Shown here: positions 20,576 through 30,835 of the stretch, piece by piece
How the letters are laid out: each line of letters starts with the position of its first letter
Numbering within the stretch: position 1 is the first letter of the stretch
Source of the DNA: Alphaproteobacteria bacterium
GTDB taxonomy: Bacteria; Myxococcota_A; UBA796; CAJQPC01
Assembly: GCA_020632795.1 (NCBI GenBank)
Contig: JACKEV010000010.1
Span: forward strand, 31,127 to 95,126
Direction: 5' to 3'
DNA length: 64,000 nt
Made by a program: the position numbers and the translations under genes
Notes under the pieces: model-generated
Databases searched by the model: none
The model's input: the letters and a program-made list of their open reading frames with translations, nothing else
Told to the model about the DNA's origin: nothing

Positions 20576-21250
20576 TCAGCGACGGGGGGTCTCCACCAGG
20601 ACGGGGGTGTTGAAGACCCCGTCGTCGGACCCGCTCAGCGCCGCCGGAGAGCCGGCCTCCACCACGATGTCCCGCAGCAGGATCTCGCTGGACCCATGCT
20701 GGCTCTCGGGGCTGGACCACAGCTCGAAGATGCTCCGGGCGTCGCCCCCGACGCGGGGCATGCCGCGGCCGAGGGAGTCGACCTCGCGATAGAAGCCGAC
20801 CTCGTCGCGCTCGGTGAGCCCCAGGATCGCCAGGCGGTTGACCGCCTGGGCCGGCTCGCGGGGGTCGGGGTTGTAGACGAAGTCGAAGAAGAACACCCGC
20901 CCGCTGAGGAAGCGGACCTCGAAGCCCTGACGCCGACGGCCATACACGCCCGTGACGCCCATCACCGGGTTGTGGACCCGCAGCGCGTGCGCGCCGGAGA
21001 GCGAGACGCCTTCGGTCGTCGCGGTCGGCGGGCCGAGCAGCTCGAGCTGCAGCGTGCTGGGGATGGCGACCGGCGGGCTGACGGCGCCGCCCGGGAGGCG
21101 GATCCGGCTCGGCAGCTCGTAGTACGCGGCGCCGGCCGTCGAGATGTAGGCGATCGCGGCCACATCCCAGCGTCGGATCAGCTCGAGGCCGTCCTCGTCG
21201 CCGGGGTTGATGGGGGTCTGGGCGGCGGGGTTGTCGTTTCGGCTCGTCAT
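20576..21250 (-). CDS. Hypothetical protein
   Basis: ORF with balanced composition starting MTSRNDNPAAQ. No family recognised. Divergent from murJ. Confidence 0.45.
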   Translation of the reverse strand: MTSRNDNPAAQTPINPGDEDGLELIRRWDVAAIAYISTAGAAYYELPSRIRLPGGAVSPPVAIPSTLQLELLGPPTATTEGVSLSGAHALRVHNPVMGVTGVYGRRRQGFEVRFLSGRVFFFDFVYNPDPREPAQAVNRLAILGLTERDEVGFYREVDSLGRGMPRVGGDARSIFELWSSPESQHGSSEILLRDIVVEAGSPAALSGSDDGVFNTPVLVETPRR

Positions 21251-21345
21251 GGAATCCCTCGGGGTGGAGTCATTCGCCCTGAAGCGTAGCGCGACCACCC
21301 GTCCCGGGCACGGGGCTTGCATCCCCTCGACCCCATCGCTACGAG

Positions 21346-22896
21346 GTGCGGGTGTCGCGTCGAATCGGCATCGCCTCCCTGATCTGGGGGGTCAGCATCC
21401 TCCTCTCACGGGTCATCGGGCTCGTGCGGGAGGCCGTGATCGGGCGCGTCCTGGGCGGGGGGGCCGAGGCCGACGTCTACTGGTCGGCGTTCGTGCTGCC
21501 GGACTTCCTGAACTACCTGCTGGCCGGCGGCGCGCTCACCATCGTCTTCATCCCCATCTTCGGCCGCGCCCTGGCCCAGGATCGGGAGGACGAGGGCTGG
21601 CACATCTTCTCGACGATCTTCAACTTCGCGCTGATCGTCCTGGGGCTGACCACCGCCGCGCTCATGGTCGTCACCCCCCAGCTCGTGCCGATCATCGCCC
21701 CGGGCTTCGACGAGGCCCAGCTCGCCCAGCTCGCCCGGCTCACCCGCATCGTGCTCCCCGGGCAGATCTTCCACATCCTGGGGGGATTGCTGTCCTCGGT
21801 GCTCCAGGCCCGGGACGAGCACCGCTACCCGGCTTTCGCGCCGCTGGGCTACACCGGCTGCATCGTGGGCTTCGGCCTGGCGCTGGGGCCGCTGCTCGGG
21901 GCGGAGGCCTTCGCCTGGGGCGTGCTGGTGGGCTCGATCGTGGGGCCGTTCGGCATCCCGCTCGTGGGCTGCCTGCGCACCCGGCTGGGGTGGCGGCCGG
22001 TCATGGACCTGCGGCACCCCGACTTCCGGCGCTACTTCTTCCTGTCGCTGCCGATCATGGTGGCGTTCTCGGTGGTCGTCGTGGACGACTGGCTGCTCAA
22101 GCGCTTCGGCAGCCTGGCCGGCGAAGGCGTGGTCAGCCGGCTCCAGTACGCGAAGACCCTGATGAAGGTGCCGATGGGCGTATTCGGCCTGGCCACGGGG
22201 GCGGCGGCCTACCCCACGCTCACCCGCCTGGTCGCCCAGGGCCGGAACGGCGAGGCCTACGCGACCCTGGTGGGGGCCTGCCGGATGATGCTGGTGCTGG
22301 CCTTCGCCGCCCAGGCCGCCTTCACCGTGGCCGGCGCGGACATCGCCACGGTGATCTGGGGAACGCGCCGCTTCTCCGAGGCCCAGCTCGACGAGATCGG
22401 GCTGTTCACCGGGGCTTTCTGCCTCGGGCTGGGGGCCTGGGCGGCCCAGGGTCTCATCGCGCGGGGCTTCTACGCCCGGCAGCAGACCTGGCTGCCCAGC
22501 GTGGTGGGCTCTGTGGTGGTGGTGGTGGCCTTTCCGGTGTACGCCGCGCTGGGGGAGCGTATGGGCGGGCTGGGGCTGGGGCTGGCCTCCTCGGCGGCGA
22601 TCACGGTGTACACCACGGCGCTGGCGATCATGTTGCGTCGCAACATGGCCGAGCCAGGGGCTCCCCGGATCGCAGATCTGGTGGTCCGCATGACCCCAGC
22701 GGTGGCCCTGGGCGTCGCAGGGGGCTTCGCTTTGGACCGGACGTTGAGCCTGCCCGCGCTGGCCCAGGGCGCCCTGACGGGCGGGCTGGCGCTGGTGATC
22801 TGCCTCGCCGTCGCGCGCCTGCTGGGGGTGCCCGAGGTCGCCCGGGTGGTGTCGCTGGTGGGGGGCAAGGTGGCCCGCAAGCTCGGTCGAGGCTGA
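21346..22896 (+). CDS. murJ: Lipid II flippase MurJ (MviN)
   Basis: N-terminal 'LSRVIGLVREAVIGRVLGGGAEADVYWSAFVLPDFL' and 14-TM architecture are typical of MurJ/MOP flippases. GTG start. Confidence 0.9.
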   Translation: MRVSRRIGIASLIWGVSILLSRVIGLVREAVIGRVLGGGAEADVYWSAFVLPDFLNYLLAGGALTIVFIPIFGRALAQDREDEGWHIFSTIFNFALIVLGLTTAALMVVTPQLVPIIAPGFDEAQLAQLARLTRIVLPGQIFHILGGLLSSVLQARDEHRYPAFAPLGYTGCIVGFGLALGPLLGAEAFAWGVLVGSIVGPFGIPLVGCLRTRLGWRPVMDLRHPDFRRYFFLSLPIMVAFSVVVVDDWLLKRFGSLAGEGVVSRLQYAKTLMKVPMGVFGLATGAAAYPTLTRLVAQGRNGEAYATLVGACRMMLVLAFAAQAAFTVAGADIATVIWGTRRFSEAQLDEIGLFTGAFCLGLGAWAAQGLIARGFYARQQTWLPSVVGSVVVVVAFPVYAALGERMGGLGLGLASSAAITVYTTALAIMLRRNMAEPGAPRIADLVVRMTPAVALGVAGGFALDRTLSLPALAQGALTGGLALVICLAVARLLGVPEVARVVSLVGGKVARKLGRG

Positions 22897-23048
22897 GAAG
22901 CCGCAGGCGACGCGAAAACGACGGGCCGCGTACGGGAACCGTGCGGACGCCCCTCAGACTCGTTATTTATCCCGGGAGAATGATTCCCCCGAGCGGGTGA
23001 CGACACACGTCCGTAAGAAAACCACGTCACCCCCTTTGAAGCCAAGCT

Positions 23049-24356
23049 ATGACGCAGTACACTTCAGCCATGACCCCACCGGATGGCTCCGGCACGTCGC
23101 TCTTCGACGGCGCGTTTCAGGATTCTGACGCCCAGGGGCTCGATCTGGGCCTGGGATCGGCACCCCCGGAGTCGTCCGCGCCGCCGCTCGACGACGACGA
23201 CTCCACCGCCACCATCATCACGGAGGCGGATCCCGACACCGTCGCCCGCCCTCTGGCCGAGCCCATCGACGGCCACCTGCCCCGCGTGCTCTCCCGCCAG
23301 TGCAAGGCCGAGCGGGCCAAGGATCCGCCCCAGACCTACAGCGGTCGCCCCCACAGCGCCGCGCAGATCCTGCTGGAGCGCGCCGACCGCCGCCGGCCGG
23401 TCGCGGTGACCTTCACCGACCGGGACGGCGCCAGCACCCGGGTCGTCCTCGGCCAGGGCCGCCTGCTGGCCTGCCACCGCTTCCCCCAGGACCCCAACCG
23501 GGACAGCGTCGCCGACCGCATGCGCAAGGCCGGCTCCCTGGACATCCCCACCTGGAAGGCCGTGCGCCAGGAGCACGAAGAGACCGGAAAGCCCTTCGAG
23601 GTGCTGCTGGCCGACCGCGTCGACAAGCGCCTGATGGGCGTGGCGATGCGCGAGGTCATGCAGGAGACCCTGGAGCGCTGCTTCTGCTCCCGCTCCCTGG
23701 AGACCCGCGTGGACCCGGCGTCGTCGCTGCTGCGCGAGCTGGTGCCCCTGCCGGTCCCCCTCACCCGGGCCTGCTACCGCGCCCTTCTGGCCGCCGCCGA
23801 GGAGTTCCAGCCCGACCTGCTCAAGAAGGGCCTGGCCGGTTACCGCGACCACCACGTCATCCGGGTGGAGCCGCCCCCGCTGGACGCCAACACCCTCGGC
23901 CTGGACGAGGTCGAGCGCCGCTTCTGGGAGGTCAGCATCGATCAGCCGGTGCAGATCACCCACCTCCTCAAGATCAGCGCGCTGGGGCAGGCCCAGACCC
24001 TGCGCACCCTCTACGCCCTGCTCTGGCTGGGCATGATCCAGCTCCAGGCCAACTATGTGCCCCCCGACGCCGAGCTGCTGGGGCCCATCCGGAACGCCTG
24101 GTCGCGCATGCAGGGCGCGAGCCCCTACGACGTGCTGCAGGTCCACTGGACCGCGCTGCCCGCCGAGATCGAGAAGGGCTACCAGAAGCAGGTCCGCCGC
24201 TGGCAGACGGCCGAGTCCCCGCCCCAGGTCACCGAAGCCTTCGACGACCTGCGGGACCAGATCCTGCGCAAGGTGCGCAAGGCCTACCGCTACCTCTCCG
24301 ACGACCGTCGTCGCCGGAGAGGTAGCGGGTCAAGCACATCGGCGAGGCCCAGATGA
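23049..24356 (+). CDS. Hypothetical protein with C-terminal degenerate J-domain-like segment
   Basis: C-terminus 'SPYDVLQVHWTALPAEIEKGYQKQVRRW…AFDDLRDQILRKVRKAYRYLSDD' follows the J-domain helix II/III pattern but lacks HPD. Acidic, low-complexity N-terminus. Confidence 0.6.
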   Translation: MTQYTSAMTPPDGSGTSLFDGAFQDSDAQGLDLGLGSAPPESSAPPLDDDDSTATIITEADPDTVARPLAEPIDGHLPRVLSRQCKAERAKDPPQTYSGRPHSAAQILLERADRRRPVAVTFTDRDGASTRVVLGQGRLLACHRFPQDPNRDSVADRMRKAGSLDIPTWKAVRQEHEETGKPFEVLLADRVDKRLMGVAMREVMQETLERCFCSRSLETRVDPASSLLRELVPLPVPLTRACYRALLAAAEEFQPDLLKKGLAGYRDHHVIRVEPPPLDANTLGLDEVERRFWEVSIDQPVQITHLLKISALGQAQTLRTLYALLWLGMIQLQANYVPPDAELLGPIRNAWSRMQGASPYDVLQVHWTALPAEIEKGYQKQVRRWQTAESPPQVTEAFDDLRDQILRKVRKAYRYLSDDRRRRRGSGSSTSARPR

Positions 24357-24514
24357 TCACCAGCGCGGACCTGTCCCATCAGCAGGCGCGCATGGAGGTC
24401 TTCCGCAAGGACTGGGACGAGGCCCTGCGCCTGGCCACCGTCGCGGTCGACCTCGACCCCACCAACCGCGAGTACCGCGCCCTGCTGGCCAAGGTGATGC
24501 GCCGGGAGCGCTGA
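24353..24514 (+). CDS. Small ORF (53 aa) with TPR-like helix pair; possibly the frameshifted C-terminus of the upstream gene
   Basis: ATG overlaps the upstream stop (ATGA). 'ARMEVFRKDWDEALRLATVAVDLDPTNREYRALLAKV' is a TPR-like motif of the kind often fused C-terminal to J-domains. Confidence 0.25.
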   Translation: MITSADLSHQQARMEVFRKDWDEALRLATVAVDLDPTNREYRALLAKVMRRER

Positions 24515-24550
24515 CGGGCCGCGCGGACGGATTCGGGTTACCTCGCCGCG

Positions 24551-25270
24551 GTGAACGCGCTCATCACCGGCTCCTCCCGCGGCATCGGCGCCGCCATCGC
24601 GGTCCGCCTCGCTCGATATGGCGGCCGCATCGTCATCAACTACCTGCGCAACCAGGCCGCCGCCGAGGCGGTCGCGCAGCGGGTCTCCGACGCGGGCGCC
24701 GAGCCCGTGCTCGTGCAGGCCGACGTGCGGAACCCCCGCGACCTCGAGCTGCTCGCCGGGCAGCTCGATCGGGTGGACGCGCTGATCCACAACGCCGCCA
24801 TCGGCGTGCTCAAGCCCTTCGACAAGATCCGGCCCAGCCACTGGGATCTCACGCTGGAGTCCTCAGCGCGGCCGTTCTGGCTCCTCACCCGCCTCTGCGT
24901 CGACCGGCTGCCCCGCGGGGCGTCGGTGATCGGGCTCTCCTCGCTGGGCGGGCGCAGCTACGTGCCCGGCTACGTGGCGATGGGCGCGGCAAAAGGGGCG
25001 ATGGAGGCCATGACCCGTCAGCTCGCCGTGGAGCTGGCCCCGCGGGGGGTCCGGGTCAACACGGTCTGCGGGGGCCTGGTGGACACCGACGCCCTCGACC
25101 ACTTCCCCGACCGCGATCGCATGGTCGCCGCCGCCCGCGAGCTGACCCCGTTCGGCCGCCTGGGCACCGCCGACGACATCGCCCAGGCCGTCGAGCTGCT
25201 CCTGCTGCCCCAGGCCTCCTGGATCACCGGCCAGGTCATCGTGGCCGACGGGGGGCTCTCCATCGTCTGA
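24551..25270 (+). CDS. SDR-family oxidoreductase (FabG-like)
   Basis: 'ITGSSRGIGAAIA' Rossmann motif, 'NAA' , catalytic 'YVAMGAAKGA' (YxxxK). GTG start. Confidence 0.85.
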   Translation: MNALITGSSRGIGAAIAVRLARYGGRIVINYLRNQAAAEAVAQRVSDAGAEPVLVQADVRNPRDLELLAGQLDRVDALIHNAAIGVLKPFDKIRPSHWDLTLESSARPFWLLTRLCVDRLPRGASVIGLSSLGGRSYVPGYVAMGAAKGAMEAMTRQLAVELAPRGVRVNTVCGGLVDTDALDHFPDRDRMVAAARELTPFGRLGTADDIAQAVELLLLPQASWITGQVIVADGGLSIV

Positions 25271-25326
25271 GGCCCCTTGCCGTCTGGCGGGTTGTGTGCA
25301 GCTTGTCAGGAATCACGGGAGGCCCG

Positions 25327-25917
25327 ATGCCGGATCAGGACAACGCCCAGGACACCCAGCCCGAGGACGAGCGGGACTTCGGCCGCGGGGCGCAGGACTT
25401 CTTCAAGCGCTTCAAGGTGGAGATCGACCCCGACTCGATCGACGACTCCCTGCGCGAGATGGGCACCCGCATCCGGGGCCTGTACGACCAGGGGCGCTAC
25501 ACCAAGGTCCGGGTGAGCTACCGGGGCAAGCAGATCGGCCCGGACATCCCGATGGCCGTGTTCCTGGCGGGCGAGGTCGCCAGCTTCTGGTGGGCGGGCC
25601 CCATGCGCGCGGTCCTGCTCAACCTGGGCATCCGCACCTTCATCGAGGTCGAGCTGGTCCACGAGGCCGACGGCGTGGTGCGCCAGGGGGTCGATCTCTA
25701 CATGGAGGGTGAGGTCGACGCCGCCGAGGAGCGCTATCGCATGGCGCTCAAGATGCGCCCCAGCGACACCGCCGCCCTCTACAACCTGGGCGTGCTGCTG
25801 CGGGTGACGGGCCGCAAGGATGAGTCCCTGGACTGCTTCCGCCGCGCCGCCACCGACGAGGAGCACCCCGACGGCGCCCGCGCGCGGGAGACCCTCGGCC
25901 GCATGGGCGAGGCCTGA
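25327..25917 (+). CDS. Hypothetical protein with C-terminal TPR-like motifs
   Basis: ATG at 25327. 'AEERYRMALKMRPSDTAALYNLGVLLRVTGRKDESLDCFRRAA' is TPR-like. The upstream part of the ORF track frame is a spurious Arg/Pro-rich extension. Confidence 0.5.
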   Translation: MPDQDNAQDTQPEDERDFGRGAQDFFKRFKVEIDPDSIDDSLREMGTRIRGLYDQGRYTKVRVSYRGKQIGPDIPMAVFLAGEVASFWWAGPMRAVLLNLGIRTFIEVELVHEADGVVRQGVDLYMEGEVDAAEERYRMALKMRPSDTAALYNLGVLLRVTGRKDESLDCFRRAATDEEHPDGARARETLGRMGEA

Positions 25918-26119
25918 TCCGCTCCCCCCGGGCGCCGGCTCCATCGCCCCCGAACCGCCCGTCGCGCCGCGCCCGCGCCGCGACGGATGACCGCCCACCA
26001 AAGACGGCCCGGCGGTTCCGCCACGTTCGCCGCTGATCCCGATGGCGCGGACATTTCCTGGTGGGCCCTTCCCGTAGTCTCCGATCGGATCGCGCTCCCC
26101 TCGGGGACAGGAAGGACCC

Positions 26120-28246
<2,127 letters not shown>

Positions 28247-28254
28247 CGCAGACG

Positions 28255-29622
28255 GTGCGAGCCCTCCTCATCCCCATCGGTTCCCACGGTGACATCGCCC
28301 CGATGGTCGCGCTGGGGACGGCCCTGGTCGACGCCGGCCACGAGGTCCGCATGCTCGGCTCGCCGAACGGCAAGGCCTTCGCCGAGGAGCACGGCCTGCG
28401 CTTCGACCCCCTGGGCCTGGACATCCACGACTGGTTCCGCAACCACGCCGAGTTCGTGCAGGACCGCCCCCTGGCCACGTTCCTGTCGATGAGCCAGGAG
28501 GTGAACGCCCAGGTCCGTCTGCACGTCCAGGAGATGAAGCGCCACGGGGAGTGGGCCGATATCTTCGTGGGCGGTGGGGTGCTGCACGCCGCCGCCTCGG
28601 TGGCCGAGGCCTTCGGCAAGCCCTACCGCTACATCGCGTACTGCGCCCAGATCGTGCCCTCCCGGCTGCACGCGCCCTACGTCGTGCCCTTCCAGCGGCT
28701 GCCGGGCTGGGCGAACCTGCTGAGCTGGCAGCTGATGGACCTCGTGCTGCTGGCCGGCGCGGCCCCGGCCCTGAACCGCGTGCGCCGCGAGTTGCTGGAC
28801 CTGGACCCGGTGTGGCGCATCACCAACCAGGTCACCCCGCGCGGCAGCGTGATCCTGGCGGTCAACCCGGACCTCGCGCCCACCCCCTACGACCACGACC
28901 CCGACCTGCGGGTGACCGGCTTCCTGCACCTCCCCCAGTCCGGCCCGCTGCCCGACGACGTCGACGCCTTCATCGAGGCCGGCTCCCCGCCGGTCTACAT
29001 CGGCTTTGGCAGCACCACCGACCACCGGGCCGAGCAGACCACCGACCTGCTGGTCCAGGCCGTCGAGCAGGCGGGGGCGCGGGCCCTCATCGCCCACGGC
29101 TGGGCCGGGCTGGCCCAGGGCAGCCTCCCGTCGAGCTGCCTGGCGGTGGGGCCGCTGCCGCACGCCGTGCTGTTTCCACGGCTGTCCGGCGTCATCCACC
29201 ACGGCAGCTCCGGCACGACCGCGACCGCCGCGCTGGCGGGGCGCCCCCAGCTCATCGTGCCCCACCTCCTCGACCAGTTCTACTGGGGCAAGCACGTCCA
29301 GCGGGTGGGCCTGGGCCCGCGCCCCATCCGCCGACGCCTGTTGAACTCGAAGAACCTCTCCGCGGCCATCCGGCAGCTCGTCGACGACGACGCGATGAAG
29401 ACCCGCGCGCGGATCTTCGGGGAGCGCATGCAACAGCGGGACGGGCGGGCCGAGGCGGTCAAGGCCCTCGAGGAGGCGGTCTACGGCCGCCCTTTCGTCC
29501 GCCCGATTGAGGCAAAGCGCGAGGCTGCGCTGTCCCCGCCCAGCCCCGCCGAGATCGCCGCGCGGCTGGCCGAGCTCCCGCTGAGGGGCTCGCAGCCGGA
29601 CACCATCTCCCTGGGAGACTGA
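28255..29622 (+). CDS. Glycosyltransferase family 1 (UDP-glycosyltransferase/MGT-type)
   Basis: N-terminal 'GSHGDIAPMVALGTAL' and C-terminal 'HHGSSGTTATAALAGRPQLIVPHLLDQFYWG' match the GT-B UDPGT donor-binding signature. Confidence 0.85.
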   Translation: MRALLIPIGSHGDIAPMVALGTALVDAGHEVRMLGSPNGKAFAEEHGLRFDPLGLDIHDWFRNHAEFVQDRPLATFLSMSQEVNAQVRLHVQEMKRHGEWADIFVGGGVLHAAASVAEAFGKPYRYIAYCAQIVPSRLHAPYVVPFQRLPGWANLLSWQLMDLVLLAGAAPALNRVRRELLDLDPVWRITNQVTPRGSVILAVNPDLAPTPYDHDPDLRVTGFLHLPQSGPLPDDVDAFIEAGSPPVYIGFGSTTDHRAEQTTDLLVQAVEQAGARALIAHGWAGLAQGSLPSSCLAVGPLPHAVLFPRLSGVIHHGSSGTTATAALAGRPQLIVPHLLDQFYWGKHVQRVGLGPRPIRRRLLNSKNLSAAIRQLVDDDAMKTRARIFGERMQQRDGRAEAVKALEEAVYGRPFVRPIEAKREAALSPPSPAEIAARLAELPLRGSQPDTISLGD

Positions 29623-29628
29623 AGGGGG

Positions 29629-30201
29629 TCAGGCCCAGAGGCTGCCGAGAGGCAGGACGACGGCGTCGAAGGGCTCGGCGCGGACCTCGGCGTCGCCGAT
29701 GTGGACGCCCAGCAGCAGCCATCCCTGCTCGGTGTGGCGGAAGACCTCGAGCGTGCGGGCGATGGGGTCGACCAACCAGGCCCAGCGCACCCCGGCCTGC
29801 CCATAGATCGGCAGCTTGCGGGCCCGGTCCAGAGGCGCGGTGGACGGGGAGAGCACCTCGCAGATCCAGTCCGGGGGCAGCGTGAACGCCGCACTGTCGG
29901 GCAGCTCGGGCATGCGCTCCTTGCGCCACGCCGCGATGTCCGGAACAAGCACCACGCTACGCGGAGCCGGATCGCCCAGATGCAGCTCCGGCTCGTCGAG
30001 GACCCACCACCCCCCGGGGCCGCCGTCCCCGAAGTCGAAGGGCCCACCGAGACGGGCACCCAGACGTGAAGACGCCAGACCATGACGCGGCGCAGGCCGC
30101 GGGCTGGTGTACAGCTCCCCGGCGATCAGCTCCGCCACCAGATGCTCCGGGACCTCCAGCAGCGTGTCGTAGGTGGCCCGCTTCAGCGCAGTCTTTCCCA
30201 T
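29629..30201 (-). CDS. Uma2-family (DUF820) PD-(D/E)XK putative endonuclease
   Basis: 'TYDTLLEVPEHLVAELIAGELYTSPRPAPRHGLASSRLGARLGG' and 'PDWICEVLSPST' are typical of the Uma2 family. Start ATG at 30201 (M41 of the track ORF). Confidence 0.8.
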   Translation of the reverse strand: MGKTALKRATYDTLLEVPEHLVAELIAGELYTSPRPAPRHGLASSRLGARLGGPFDFGDGGPGGWWVLDEPELHLGDPAPRSVVLVPDIAAWRKERMPELPDSAAFTLPPDWICEVLSPSTAPLDRARKLPIYGQAGVRWAWLVDPIARTLEVFRHTEQGWLLLGVHIGDAEVRAEPFDAVVLPLGSLWA

Positions 30202-30268
30202 GATGGGATCATAACCTCGGCGTCGTGTTTGGGGGATCCGGCGAGGATTCCCACCATGCCCCCAAGGA

Positions 30269-30829
30269 GTGCACATGACCTTCGCGCTGCTGGTGTCCCT
30301 CTCTGCCGCCTCGGCGGCCACCTACGAGCCCATCGACCTCCTCCTCGCCAGCCACCGGAGCCTGCCGGAGTCCACGCTGGGCAAGATCGCGGAGCAGACC
30401 GCCGGCACCGCCGAAGAGAAGGCCTGCCTGCTCAAGCTCGGCGTCCCCGCTGCGCTGGTCGACGCGATGGAGGGCCCAAAGCCCAAGCACGAGGCCTCCG
30501 ACGCGACCTGCGCGCCGTTCACCGAGGCCCTCGCCCAGCTCTCCGAGGACGAGGCCCGCGCCGGCGCTGAGGCCCGCGTTGAGTTCGAGGCCCGCCGACG
30601 TGCCCAGGCCGAGGCCGCCGCCATCGACGCGCGGGTCGACTGCATCAACCCGCAGACTGGCGCCTTCGCGGCCGCCTTCAACCGGCCCACCGTGGAGGAG
30701 CAGGTGGAGGTCTGGATGATGGCGCGCCTCAAGGCGGGGAGCAACGACTTCATCGTGCTCCCCATGGTGCAGGGCACCTCCGGCGAGTTCGGCGTCACCG
30801 GCACCAGCCTCGTGGTCTGCTCGTACTGA
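30269..30829 (+). CDS. Hypothetical secreted protein
   Basis: Signal peptide MTFALLVSLSAASAAT. Ala/Glu-rich helical middle region. No family recognised. Convergent with the MVP gene (6-bp gap). Confidence 0.55.
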   Translation: MHMTFALLVSLSAASAATYEPIDLLLASHRSLPESTLGKIAEQTAGTAEEKACLLKLGVPAALVDAMEGPKPKHEASDATCAPFTEALAQLSEDEARAGAEARVEFEARRRAQAEAAAIDARVDCINPQTGAFAAAFNRPTVEEQVEVWMMARLKAGSNDFIVLPMVQGTSGEFGVTGTSLVVCSY

Positions 30830-30835
30830 GCCGGC

